Origin: an uncultured Chloroflexia bacterium
GTDB taxonomy: Bacteria > Chloroflexota > Limnocylindria > Limnocylindrales > CSP1-4
NCBI GenBank assembly: GCA_963834915.1
Contig: CAWIDI010000005.1
Location: forward strand, 867,111-931,110
Reading direction: 5' to 3'
Length of the DNA stretch: 64,000 nt
Positions 1 through 9,916 of this stretch are shown here, piece by piece (position 1 is the first letter of the stretch; each line of letters opens with the position of its first letter). The translations under genes were made by a program, and so were the position numbers. The notes under the pieces were generated by a model. That model was not told the DNA's origin and made no database searches. It saw only the letters and a program-made list of their open reading frames with translations.

Positions 1-222
1 GGTCGATCGGACGGTGGCGCCGAACCAGGCGCCCGGGACGACGAGGTCGTCAGCGTACTTGGCCGCGCCGGTCAGCTTCTCGGGTCCTTCGCGCCGGGCC
101 GGCGGCAGTCCGCGAGCCCGGCCCGGAGCGGTGGCGCCGGTCGGGATGACGAGCGCTCCGGGCGCTTCGGTACGTGGCGGCATCTGGTCCTGATGGCCCT
201 CCTCGGACTCGGAGCGTACCAT
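1..222 (-). CDS. Partial (runs off the window): N-terminus of a xanthine dehydrogenase / CO dehydrogenase large-subunit family molybdopterin-binding protein
   Basis: Reverse-strand translation of bases 1-222 gives ...PGALVIPTGATAPGRARGLPPARREGPEKLTGAAKYADDLVVPGAWFGATVRST, matching the conserved EKxTGxAxYxDD N-terminal motif of the CoxL/XdhA family; start uncertain (Met codons at 222 or 183). Confidence 0.4.
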   Translation of the reverse strand, partial: MVRSESEEGHQDQMPPRTEAPGALVIPTGATAPGRARGLPPARREGPEKLTGAAKYADDLVVPGAWFGATVRST

Positions 223-438
223 CGGAGGGGTCAGGGACGGGCGGTGCGAACCGCTCTCGACCAGACCCCACCAGACCGCTCGCGTCGGTGCCGACGGACA
301 CCGGCTTTCCGTCCGGAAGGGGTAGGAAACCGTCCCATCCGGGGTCCGGTACCCGTATAGTCGGACGCCCTTGGCCCGATCAATCGCACCTTCATCTTCG
401 CCTTCATCGGGGCATCCTTTCGGGAGTCATCGCGGACC

Positions 439-1257
439 ATGGAACTGACTCAAGGCGCTCTCATCGGGATCCTTGCGGCCGTGCTCGCCGCCGACATCCT
501 CGTCGTCGTCATCGCGCTCGCGTGGACGCAGGTCCGCCGCCGCCGCGGACACGCCGCGGCAGCGGCCGGGAATCAGCCGCCCGTCGGGCATGCCGGCGCC
601 GGCATGCCCCCCATGGCGTCCCGACCCGGCCCGGTCCCGATGGCCGGCTACACGCCGGCCCCGGTCGCCTCGGCCGCCAGCGCCGTGGGCCGCGGCATGA
701 CCCCGGTCATGACGCCGCCCGAGACCAGCACCGATGCCCTCACCGGGCTCCTCAACAACGCGGCCTGGTCGCGGATCGTCGTCGACGAGGAGGCCCGGAT
801 CCGCCGCTACCGGCGGCCCGCGACCATCGTGATGGTCGAGCTCCAGGGCCTCGACCGGCTCATCGACCTGATGGGGCCCGCGTCGGTCGACCGGATCGTG
901 CCGGCCCTCGCCGACCAGCTCCGCCGGGACGCCCGCGAATCCGACCACGTCGCCCGCCTGGGCCTGGGCCGGTTCGCCATCCTGCTGCCCGAGACCGACG
1001 AGATCCTGGCGATCAACTACGTCGAGCGCGTCCGACGGGCGTGCGACCTGTGGCTCGAATCCGGTGCGGTCGCGCTCCGGATGGCGATGGGCTGGGCCTC
1101 CTCGGCCGCTGACGGCTCGCTGACCGATGCCGAGGGCCTTGCGACCGACCGCATGTTCATCGAGCTCCGCCGCGCCGAACGGACCGCCGGTCCGAGCGAT
1201 CCGCCGCCTGGTGCGGCGCGGGCGAGCGGCGGCATGGAGCCAGCCTTCAACAACTGA
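439..1257 (+). CDS. Membrane-anchored GGDEF-domain protein with a degenerate active site (GLGRF in place of GGDEF); probably catalytically inactive
   Basis: N-terminal TM helix (ILAAVLAADILVVVIALAW); C-terminal region TGLLNNAAW...IVMVELQGLDRL...HVARLGLGRFAILLPETD...MAMGWAS matches the GGDEF fold but with RLGLGRF. Confidence 0.6.
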   Translation: MELTQGALIGILAAVLAADILVVVIALAWTQVRRRRGHAAAAAGNQPPVGHAGAGMPPMASRPGPVPMAGYTPAPVASAASAVGRGMTPVMTPPETSTDALTGLLNNAAWSRIVVDEEARIRRYRRPATIVMVELQGLDRLIDLMGPASVDRIVPALADQLRRDARESDHVARLGLGRFAILLPETDEILAINYVERVRRACDLWLESGAVALRMAMGWASSAADGSLTDAEGLATDRMFIELRRAERTAGPSDPPPGAARASGGMEPAFNN

Positions 1258-1404
1258 TCACTGCGACCGGGCGGGCCATGTGCCCGTGGCCCGGTCGCCG
1301 GGGTCGTACCCCGAGCGCGCGTCGAGGCGGATCGGTTTCCCGGTCCGCCTCGATCGTTCTTTCGGACCTCATCCGCGCCGGCAACGGACGGTCGCCCGCA
1401 CGGG

Positions 1405-2851
1405 CTATCCGGCGGTCGGTGCCGAGAAGCCCGCGGGACGCGCGATGGCCGGATCCACGGCGACCACTCCGGCCTCCGATCCGCTCCGGACCCGGCCCGG
1501 CAGAGCCAGCGCCACCACCGCGCCGACGGCCACGATGGCCGCCCCGACGAAGACCGCCGGCTGGAGCCCGTCGACGAACGCGGTCGGCGACTGGTACGAC
1601 CCGGCCGACGAGAAGACGCTCGCGAGGACCGCCACCCCGAAGACGCCACCGATCTCCGCGGATGGTGTTCGTGGCGCCGGACGCCTGACCCTCCTCGATC
1701 GGGTCGACCGCGGAGAGCACGACGTTGGCGATCGGAGCGAAGAACAGGCCCATCCCGATCCCGGCCATCACGAACCCCGGGACGAGCACCAGGTACTCGA
1801 CCGTGGGCGTCGCGACCGCGGCGATCCAGAAGAGCCCGGCCGACAGCAGGGCCATCCCGGCGACCAGGATCGGCCGGCCGCCGATGCGCCCGGCCAGCGC
1901 GCCCGCGATCGGGGCGACGAAGGCCGGCATCGCCGTCCACGGCAGGGTCCGCAGGCCGGACTGGAACGGGCTGAGGCCCTGGACGACCTGGAAGAACTGG
2001 ACCAGGAGGAAGACGGCGCCGAAGACGCCGAAGTACATCAGGAACGAGACGACATTGGCCGCGGTGAAGGCGCGGCTGCGGAAGAAGCGGAGCGGGAGCA
2101 TCGGCGATGCCGTGCGGGACTCCCAGTAGACGAAGGCGGCGAGCAGCAGCGCGCCGGCCGTGAGCACCCCGACGATCCGCGGGTCCGACCAGCCGTAGTC
2201 GTTCCCATGGATGACGCCCCAGACGAGGGCGAGCAGTCCGCCGCTGACCAGCCCGAGACCGGGCAGGTCGAGCGCGCCGTCGGGGCCGTGCAATTCCTGG
2301 AGCCGGCTGGCCGCGAGGATGACCGCGACGATCCCGATCGGGACGTTGAGCCAGAAGATCCAGTGCCACGACACGCCCTCGGCGATCGCCCCGCCGATGA
2401 GCGGACCGATGGCGATGGCCAGGCCGGCGATGCCGCCCCACGCCCCGAGGGCGAGCGCGCGTCGCTCCGGCGGGACCGCGGCGGACAGGATCGTCAGGCT
2501 GAGCGGCGTCACGAACGCGCCGCCGACGCCCTGGATGGCCCGGGCGGCGATGAGGACCTCGCTCGACGGAGCGAGGGCGGCGGCGGCCGAGGCGCCGGTG
2601 AAGATCGCGAGCCCGATGACGAACATCCGGCGGCGGCCGAACCGGTCGCCCAGGGCGGCGCCCGTCAACAGCAGTACCGCGAACGTCAGGGTGTAGGCGT
2701 TGACCATCCATTCGAGGTCGGAGAGGCTCGCTCCGAGGTCGGCCCGGATGACCGGCAGGGCGGTCGTGACGACGAGGTTGTCGAGCGCGACCATGAAGAG
2801 GGCGATCGAGGTGATGGCGAAGGTCCAGGCCGTGGACCGGCGGGTAGACAT
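1405..2851 (-). pseudogene. MFS transporter, DHA2 (EmrB/QacA-like, 14-TMS) family; single-base frameshift near 1640-1690
   Basis: 534-aa ORF from 2851 has a canonical DHA2 N-terminus (TAWTFAITSIALFMVALDNLVVTTALPVI... through ...ASGATNTIR), then becomes Arg-rich nonsense. The 76-aa ORF at 1405..1635 in another frame (...AGSYQSPTAFVDGLQPAVFVGAAIVAVGAVVALALPGR) is the expected last TM/C-terminus. Confidence 0.75.
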
Positions 2852-2947
2852 GGCGTTGACCTCACTTCCGTCGGGAGTCGTGGGTGGTGTCGACGACTGA
2901 CTAAGCAGTCACTAAGTTCGTTGGCGAAAAAAGGGGGTTCGGGAAGA

Positions 2948-3514
2948 TCATCGGGCGGCGGCGATCCTCCCCATCTCGGTGAAGGAGAACTTGCCGATCT
3001 CCGCCATCTCCGGGCCGATCGCGGCAGCGGTGTTCATCAGCATCCCGATCGCGAACCACTGCTCGAGCTCGGGCTCGCTGGCGCCGGACAGGTCGCGGAC
3101 CATCGCGTACATGCTGGACCACTCGTCGCCGACCGCTTCCCGGATCTCGGGATCGCTGCAGGCCGCGTAGGCCTGGAGCTGGCAGAGCAGCAGCTCGCGG
3201 TCCTGGAGCAGGACGCAGTAACTCTCCCCCATGACATGGAGGATGTGGTCGGTGGACGGGTCCTCCTGGGCGGCGGCGCGGCCGGCCGCCTCGAAGGTCC
3301 GCATCGTCCGGCCGAATCCGTGGCGGATCGCGGCGATGAAGAGGTCCTTCTTCGTGCCGAAGAGCTGGAACAGGTACGGCTGACTGACCCCGGACCGGCG
3401 GGCGATGGCCTCCGTGGAGGTCCCCGCGTAGCCGGTGACGGCGAATTCCGTCATCGCGGCGGCGACGATCTCGTCGCGGCGCTCGTCGGCGGTGAGGCGG
3501 GTGGTCGGTGTCAT
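2948..3514 (-). CDS. TetR family transcriptional regulator (likely controls the downstream MFS pump)
   Basis: MTPTTRLTADERRDEIVAAAMTEFAVTGYAGTSTEAIARRSGVSQPYLFQLFGTKKDLF = TetR HTH; same strand, immediately upstream of the MFS gene. Confidence 0.8.
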   Translation of the reverse strand: MTPTTRLTADERRDEIVAAAMTEFAVTGYAGTSTEAIARRSGVSQPYLFQLFGTKKDLFIAAIRHGFGRTMRTFEAAGRAAAQEDPSTDHILHVMGESYCVLLQDRELLLCQLQAYAACSDPEIREAVGDEWSSMYAMVRDLSGASEPELEQWFAIGMLMNTAAAIGPEMAEIGKFSFTEMGRIAAAR

Positions 3515-3589
3515 GACGCGTAACTTAGTGACTACTAAGTCGTATGTCAACCCGGCAAACGACGACGGTTTCGAGCCCGCGCTCGGCGG

Positions 3590-5206
3590 TCAGTCGGTGC
3601 CGAGCCGGATCCCCCGCCCCGGCGTCGCGCCGGTGTGCCGGCCGGCGTCCACGACGACCGTCCCGTTGACGATGACGTGCTCGATCCCGTCGGGGAATCG
3701 GCGCGGCTCGTCGTAGGTCGCGTTCGAACGGACGGTCGCGGGGTCGAAGACCACGACATCGGCGAACAGCCCGTCCCGCAGCAGGCCGCGCTGCCGCAGG
3801 CCGAGGCGGGCCGCCGGCGCGCCGGTCATCTTGTGGACCGCCGCCTCGAGCGTCAGGAGGGCCTCGTCGCGCACGAACTGGCCGAGGATCCGCGGGTACG
3901 AGCCGTAGGTGCGCGGCGCGGGCTTCTCGCCCAGGAAGGTCGAATCCGTGCCGACCATCCCGACCGGGTGGGCGACGAACTGCGGCAGCGTCTTCGACCA
4001 CGGCCCGCTGGTCACCTGGCTGACCCCGAGGTCCTCGGCGAGGAGGAGGTCGCAGATGGTGTCGACGGCGTCCCGGCCCGTCTCGGTCATGACCTCGGCC
4101 AGCGTGCGCGACTCCCAGCGCAGGTTCTCCGGGCGCGCGAATGCGCCGAGCCTGAGGTCCGCCCAGCCCGACGGCCCGGTATAGGCGGCACCCCTGGCGG
4201 CGAACTCCGTGCGCAGCCGATCGCGCGCCGGGCGCTCGGCCAGCCGCGCCTTGAGCGGCGCAGGTCCGCCGGCCTGGATCCAGGCGGGCAGCTGGATCAG
4301 CAGCCGCGTGCTCGCCCATTCGGAGGGGTAGGTGTCGAAGGTGACGTCGAGGCCCTCGGCCCGTGCGTCGTCGACGAGCGCGAGCATCGGCTCAGCCGGC
4401 CCGGGGTGCGTCTCGCGGTGGTAGAAGTGGGTGAGGTGGCTCGGGGCGCCCGCGCGGCGGCCGATCTCGATGGCCTCGCGGAACGGGTCGAGGTAGCGGT
4501 CGCCGAGCTGGTAGCGCACGTGGCTGTGGTAGAAGCCGCCGGCGCGGCCCGCCTCGGCGGTGAGCGCGGTGAGCTCCTCGGTCGTGGCGTAGCTGCCCGG
4601 CGGGTAGTCGAGGCCGGTCGACAGGCCGACCGCGCCCTCGGCCATCGAGTCGCGCAGCAGGCCGCGCATGCGGTCGATCGCGCGGTCGTCGGCGGGGACG
4701 TCGTCCCAGCCGAGGGCATCGATGCGGAGCGCCGAGTTGCCGACCAGCGTCCCGACATTGACGCTGCCGGTGCCGTCGTAGCGCGCGAGGTAGGTCGCGA
4801 CGGAGTCCCAGTCGTAGTCGATCGCGGGGCGGCCATCGAGGCCGCTGTCCAGCTCCACGAAGGCGAGCAGGTCCTCGCGCCGGCGGAACGGCGCGAAGCC
4901 GTTGCCGTCGACACCGACGATCTCGGTGGTCACGCCCTGGCGGACCTTGGGCTCGTGGCGCGGCTCGGCCAGGATCCACAGGCCGCCATGGCTGTGCAGG
5001 TCGATGAATCCGGGCGCGACGACCTTGCCGGTGGCGTCGATACGGCGACCGACGTGCGTGGGTCCCGGGACGGCAGCCGCGGCGTCGTCCGGCCCGAGGA
5101 TCCGGAGCCGCTCCCCGTCCACGACGACCGTGCCGGGCCGTCCCGGCGCGCCGGTCCCATCGACGATCGTGCCGCCGCTGATCAGGATGTCGACGCTATC
5201 GGGCAT
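3590..5206 (-). CDS. N-acyl-D-amino-acid deacylase (D-aminoacylase) family amidohydrolase
   Basis: MPDSVDILISGGTIVDGTGAPG...APGFIDLHSHGGL... typical D-aminoacylase / metal-dependent amidohydrolase; start taken at Met58 of the 595-aa ORF (cat at 5204-5206). Confidence 0.8.
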   Translation of the reverse strand: MPDSVDILISGGTIVDGTGAPGRPGTVVVDGERLRILGPDDAAAAVPGPTHVGRRIDATGKVVAPGFIDLHSHGGLWILAEPRHEPKVRQGVTTEIVGVDGNGFAPFRRREDLLAFVELDSGLDGRPAIDYDWDSVATYLARYDGTGSVNVGTLVGNSALRIDALGWDDVPADDRAIDRMRGLLRDSMAEGAVGLSTGLDYPPGSYATTEELTALTAEAGRAGGFYHSHVRYQLGDRYLDPFREAIEIGRRAGAPSHLTHFYHRETHPGPAEPMLALVDDARAEGLDVTFDTYPSEWASTRLLIQLPAWIQAGGPAPLKARLAERPARDRLRTEFAARGAAYTGPSGWADLRLGAFARPENLRWESRTLAEVMTETGRDAVDTICDLLLAEDLGVSQVTSGPWSKTLPQFVAHPVGMVGTDSTFLGEKPAPRTYGSYPRILGQFVRDEALLTLEAAVHKMTGAPAARLGLRQRGLLRDGLFADVVVFDPATVRSNATYDEPRRFPDGIEHVIVNGTVVVDAGRHTGATPGRGIRLGTD

Positions 5207-6320
5207 GCCCGGACCGTAGCAGGCCGCGCCGGATGAGCGCTCGATGATCGGGCGTCGCCAGACTCGTTCGATGCCACCGCGAGAACGAGCGGTCGACTCG
5301 GGACCGGCGGATCGCTCGGCCAGGACATGCAGCGGGTCTGTGCCGACCTCCGGAACGCGCGAGTCATGGCAGGGCATCCCTTCGGGATGTCGCGGGCGGG
5401 CCGTCGCCCTCTCACCCTCGCAGGTGTCTCGGATCGAGCGGCGCGTCGCGGCGTCCGCGACGATCGAACAGGTCGCTCGGATCGGCGCGGTCGTGGGCCT
5501 CCAGGTACGACTCCGCGCCTATCCAGGCATGCGATCCGATCCGTGACACCGCGCCAGTTCCGACTTCTGGAGCGGTGTCGCAAGCCGCCTCGCGCCGGGT
5601 CTGACCGTTCGGATCGAAGTACCGTTGCCGATCGACGGCGATCTGCGCGCATGGGACGCTTGCATCGACGGGTCCGGCCGAGCGGCGACTCTGGTCTCGG
5701 GTCTTCCGGTCGAGGCCGAGACCCGGCTTGCGGACCTCCAGGCGCAGAGCCGTCGACTGACGCTGAAGATGCGGGATGGCGGCGTCGACGCGATCCTGCT
5801 GGTCGTGGCGGACACTCGCGCAAACCGTGCAGCAGTCGATCGCGCTGGCGACTCGATCGTGGTGCTGTTCCCGGTTCACGCCGCGGCAGGCCATGCGACG
5901 CTCTCGCCGCGGGCATGCATCCGGCAGGGTCCGCATTGGTCTTCCTTTGGACTCGCGCCCCCCAGCTGGTCGATCGTTGCGTCCAGCTGACCGCGTCGAT
6001 CCCGGCTGATCCCGTCGCATCCCGGCCGATGCTCGTACGTTGCACCCGGGGCGTCCACGGACGATCGACGCTCCAGCCGGGCCGCCTTGAGCGCCAGCCG
6101 TGTCTCTGCAGGCAACGTATGACACCGAAGACCGCATATGACCTTGGAGCTGGCGCAGCCGTCGTTAGCGCCGCCCATGAGCGGCGCGACGGCGGCGGCG
6201 CGCGGGCGCGGCCGACGGGCGGCCGCGGCGCGATACAGGCGGGCGCACGAGACGCGCGGGCGCGGGCGCGGCGGCGCACGAGACGCGCGTCGGGCAGCCG
6301 ACGCTCGCGCCGGGCTCCCC

Positions 6321-7652
6321 TCAGGCTCGCGCGCCCGGACCCTCCAGGCGGCGGCCGCGGACCCAGGCCGCGCGGACCATGTCAGGGTGGGTCCGAAACA
6401 TGAGGCGGCTCACGATGTCGTCGGGGTCGTCGTCGATGACGCCGGGGACCGGCGCCACGAAGGACGGGTCGATGGCGATCAGGTCGGCCTCCTTTCCGGC
6501 CTCGAGCGAGCCGATCCGGTCGTCCAGTCCCAGCACGGCCGCCCCGCCGAGGGTCCCCATCCGCAGCCAGTCGAGCGGCGTCATCGCATGGTCGGCACCG
6601 AACCCGGCCACGGCCAGCGCGTTCTTGGCGTACGCCCCGACGCGCATGGCCGTGAAGATCGAGAGGTCCGGTCCCGCCGACACGTCCGACCCGAGGCCGA
6701 TGGTGAGTCCCGCCTGGAGATAGCGAGCCAGCGGCATCACCCCGGACGCCAGGAAGAGGTTGGAGGCCGGGCAGTGCGCGACGCGCGTACCGGTCTCGAC
6801 CAGCCGGGCGAGCTCGCGGTCCGAGAGATGGACGGCATGGGCCAGCACGGTCCGCTCCCCCAGCCCGCCGGCACGGTCGTAGACGTCGACATAATCGAGC
6901 GATTCGGGGAACAGCCGCGCCACCTCGGCGATCTCGCCGCGATCCTCGGAGAGGTGCGTCTGCCAGTACGCGCCGGTCGAGCGGGCGAGCGACGCGGATT
7001 CGCGCAGCAGGTCGGCCGTGCAGGACACCGCGAACCGCGGCGTGACCGCGTACTGCAGGCGGCCGTCGTCGCGGCCGTGCCAGCGGGCGATGAGGTCGGC
7101 GGTCTCGCGCAACGATCGGTCGAGGATCGTCGTCGGGTCGATGGTCGCGTCGTAGGTGATCCGGTCCATCATCACCTTGCCGACGATCGCGCGGATCCCG
7201 TGCGCCTCGGCTGCCCGGAACGTGGCGTCGAGGCTCGCCTCGTAGACGGCGCCGTAGACGAGCGCCGTCGTGGTCCCGACCGCGGCGAACGCCTGCCAGG
7301 CGAGCGGGGCGAGGCGGGTCGCCTCGGCCTCGTCGAAGCCGCGCTCGAGCGGGAAGATGTAGCGCTCCAGCCAGGTCAGCAGGTCGAGGCCGGCGCCAAG
7401 CCCGGCATTGGGGAGCTGGGGCAGGTGCGCGTGGAGGTCGACGAGACCGGGGAGCACGACCCACGGCCGGAGGTCGATGGCGGTGGCCGCCTCGGCGGCG
7501 CGGTCTGCGGCGGCACCCGCATAGGCGATGCGTCCCGCCGCATCGACGACGAGCAGTCCGTCAGGCTCGAAGCGGCTGCCGCCGGCGCCAAGCGGCGTCA
7601 GGAGCCGGCTGCGGATCGCGAACGGCGGGTTCGCGGGGAGTGTCAGGTGCAC
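6321..7652 (-). CDS. guaD: Guanine deaminase (amidohydrolase superfamily)
   Basis: LVDLHAHLPQLPNAGLGAGLDLLTWLERYIFPLE matches the E. coli GuaD signature (HIHYPQ...LLEWLNKHTFPTE); 443 aa, similar to the 439-aa E. coli GuaD. Confidence 0.75.
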   Translation of the reverse strand: MHLTLPANPPFAIRSRLLTPLGAGGSRFEPDGLLVVDAAGRIAYAGAAADRAAEAATAIDLRPWVVLPGLVDLHAHLPQLPNAGLGAGLDLLTWLERYIFPLERGFDEAEATRLAPLAWQAFAAVGTTTALVYGAVYEASLDATFRAAEAHGIRAIVGKVMMDRITYDATIDPTTILDRSLRETADLIARWHGRDDGRLQYAVTPRFAVSCTADLLRESASLARSTGAYWQTHLSEDRGEIAEVARLFPESLDYVDVYDRAGGLGERTVLAHAVHLSDRELARLVETGTRVAHCPASNLFLASGVMPLARYLQAGLTIGLGSDVSAGPDLSIFTAMRVGAYAKNALAVAGFGADHAMTPLDWLRMGTLGGAAVLGLDDRIGSLEAGKEADLIAIDPSFVAPVPGVIDDDPDDIVSRLMFRTHPDMVRAAWVRGRRLEGPGARA

Positions 7653-7760
7653 CGCGGAAGGCTAGCAGGGCGCGTCGCCGCGCTCGAGTGCCGGACGCGG
7701 GCCGCGGGGCGGCGGGATGGGGACAGGCGCCACGCGCGGGCCACGACCCGCGGGCGCCGG

Positions 7761-8006
7761 TCAGCGCTTCTTGCCGCGAACCTCGAAGAGGTGGGCCGTC
7801 CACTCGGAACCGGTCCGGTCGATCGTCGCCGAGCTGCCGTGCCAGCCGCACGTGCAGGTGATCGTCTGATCTCGGTGCTTGTACTCGTCGATGACGTGCT
7901 TGAACGGCTCGTTGGCCGGGGTGGCTGGCTTGAGGGGCGGGCGACTATTCACAGAGTCTCCTGGGCGAGGGACGAGACCAGCACGCGACGCGCGGGGGAG
8001 CTCCAA
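7761..8006 (-). CDS. Small hypothetical protein (about 80 aa, Cys/His-containing: ...HVIDEYKHRDQTITCTCGWHGSSATIDRTGSEWTAHLFEV)
   Basis: ORF directly downstream of the ABC operon on the same strand; no family recognised. Confidence 0.3.
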   Translation of the reverse strand: MELPRASRAGLVPRPGDSVNSRPPLKPATPANEPFKHVIDEYKHRDQTITCTCGWHGSSATIDRTGSEWTAHLFEVRGKKR

Positions 8007-8066
8007 GGATACTCCAAAACGGCGGGACCTTCTTCGGGGCCGGCCCGGCGAAGGTCCCGCACGTGG

Positions 8067-9170
8067 TCAGCGCGACGGCAGCAGGTCGGTCGTGACGAGG
8101 TCCTCGACGGTGACCGGGTCCTTCGTCAGTCCGAGGCCCTTGAGATACGCGATCGAGGTCGTCCACCCTGCCGGATCGATGGCACCCAGGCCGCCGGCCT
8201 GCTGCGCGTGACCGGTCCACGTGTCGATCGTCGCGTCGAGGACCGCCTTCTGGGTCGGGTCGTCCGCCTTGAGCCCGTCGACGGTCTTGGCCGCCGCGTC
8301 GAGGCCTAGCTGGGGGTCCGCCTGGATCCGGGCCATGGCGTCGAGCGTCACCGCCACGAACCGGGCGATCGCGTCGTGCTTGGCGTCGAGGGTCTTCGTG
8401 GCGGTGATCAGGCCCGGTCCGGGCAGCGGCGTGATGTCGTCGATCCGCAGGACCGTCACCGATTCGCCGGACAGGCCGAGAAGCACCGGCTCGTTGTTCG
8501 CGAAGCCCGTGGCGGCGTCAACGGCGCCAGCGGCGACCGCGGCCCGCTGGCCGAAGTCGGGGTATTCGACGATCGTCAGGTCATCCGGGGTCAGGCCGGC
8601 CGAGGCGAGCAGCGCCTGGAGCATGACCCAGGACGAGCCGTACCGGCCCGGGATGCCGAGCTTCCTGCCCTTGAGATCGGCCGCCGTCTTGATCCCGGAG
8701 GAGGCCTTCGCGAACACGACCGATGGGAACTTGCCGTAGATCGTCGCGATGTACCGGATCGGGAAACCCTGGCTTACGGCCGGGATGACGTCGGTCCCGT
8801 CGGCCACTCCGACATCGATCGACCCGGCCGCGACGAGCTGCACGAGGTCGGGTGCGATCTTGTTCTGGAACTCGACCTGGAGGCCTGCGGCCTCGTAGAG
8901 CCCTTGCGTCTGGCCGAGGTAGAAGGGCGCGAACTGGACGTTCGGGATGTACCCGAGCCCGACGACCAGCTTGACTGGCGCACCGGCGAGGGTCGGCGAC
9001 GGCGAGCCGCTCGGGGATGCGTCGCTGCTGGTTGGAGTGGCTGTCGCTGGCGGCCGGGTCGGGAACGCTCCCTCGCATGCTCCGACGACCAACGCGACGA
9101 AGAGCAGCGGGACGATGAGCAGTCGCGAGCGAGGAATCACCTGGACCTCCTGGGGCGTGGGCCTGGTCAT
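8067..9170 (-). CDS. ABC transporter substrate-binding lipoprotein, NMT1/THI5-like (NitT/TauT family)
   Basis: MTRPTPQEVQVIPRSRLLIVPLLFVALVVGAC (lipoprotein signal) followed by an NMT1/SsuA-like fold (KLVVGLGYIPNVQFAPFYLGQTQGLYEAAGLQVEF...). ATG at 9170 overlaps the permease stop at 9167 (ATGA). The 635-aa track ORF is an artefactual N-terminal extension. Confidence 0.8.
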   Translation of the reverse strand: MTRPTPQEVQVIPRSRLLIVPLLFVALVVGACEGAFPTRPPATATPTSSDASPSGSPSPTLAGAPVKLVVGLGYIPNVQFAPFYLGQTQGLYEAAGLQVEFQNKIAPDLVQLVAAGSIDVGVADGTDVIPAVSQGFPIRYIATIYGKFPSVVFAKASSGIKTAADLKGRKLGIPGRYGSSWVMLQALLASAGLTPDDLTIVEYPDFGQRAAVAAGAVDAATGFANNEPVLLGLSGESVTVLRIDDITPLPGPGLITATKTLDAKHDAIARFVAVTLDAMARIQADPQLGLDAAAKTVDGLKADDPTQKAVLDATIDTWTGHAQQAGGLGAIDPAGWTTSIAYLKGLGLTKDPVTVEDLVTTDLLPSR

Positions 9171-9916
9171 CGGGCGCCGACCATGCGGCGCTCGATGGCG
9201 ACGACGACGAGATAGAGCGAGATCCCGACCAGCGCGATGGTCAGAAGCGTCGCGAACATCAGCGGGATGTCGAAGAGCGAGCCGCGCGCGAGGTTGATGA
9301 GGACGCCAAGGCCACGCTCCGCGCCGGCCCACTCGGCCACGATCGCCCCGACGACGGCGAGCGTCACGCCGACACGGAGCCCGCCGAAGATCGACGGCAG
9401 CGCCGCAGGGACCTCGAGCGTGGTCAGGACCTGGCGACGGGTCGCGCGCAGGGCACGTCCGAGCTCCAGCAGCCTGGCATCCACCGAGCGGATGCCGACC
9501 ATCGTCGAGACCGCGACCGGGAAGAAGACGATCAACGCGCAGATCAGGACCTTCCCGAGCAGCCCAGGCCCGAACCACAGCGCGATCAGCGGCGCGAGCG
9601 CGAGGATCGGGGTCGCCTGGGCGGCGACGAGGTACGGCGAGAGCAGCCGCTCGACGAGCTGGCTGCGGGCGAGCCCGTAGCCGACGACGAGGCCGAAGCC
9701 GGCGCCGACGAGAAGTCCGAGGAAGATCTCGACGAGCGTCGCCGCAAGATGGGGCTCGATGATGCCGTCGAGCATGGCCGTGACCCAGCGGCCGAAGACG
9801 GCCTCCGGCGTCGGCAGGATGAACTCGGGGAAGCCGGTCACGAACACCGCCAGGCGCCACGCGACGAGGAAGACGGCCAGCGCGGCGACGGCGGGCACCC
9901 ACGTCGAGCGCTTCAC
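9167..9916 (-). CDS. ABC transporter permease (NitT/TauT / SsuC-like)
   Basis: 249 aa, 6 TMS, typical SsuC/TauC-type membrane domain. Confidence 0.85.
   Translation of the reverse strand: MKRSTWVPAVAALAVFLVAWRLAVFVTGFPEFILPTPEAVFGRWVTAMLDGIIEPHLAATLVEIFLGLLVGAGFGLVVGYGLARSQLVERLLSPYLVAAQATPILALAPLIALWFGPGLLGKVLICALIVFFPVAVSTMVGIRSVDARLLELGRALRATRRQVLTTLEVPAALPSIFGGLRVGVTLAVVGAIVAEWAGAERGLGVLINLARGSLFDIPLMFATLLTIALVGISLYLVVVAIERRMVGAR

Noticed and set aside
231-440. 69-aa minus-strand ORF (MVRDDSRKDAPMKAKMKVRLIGP...) upstream of the partial molybdopterin-oxidoreductase gene
   Set aside because: No Fe-S (CxxC) or FAD-binding motifs that would mark a CoxS/CoxM partner, and it overlaps the GGDEF gene promoter region. 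Most likely spurious.
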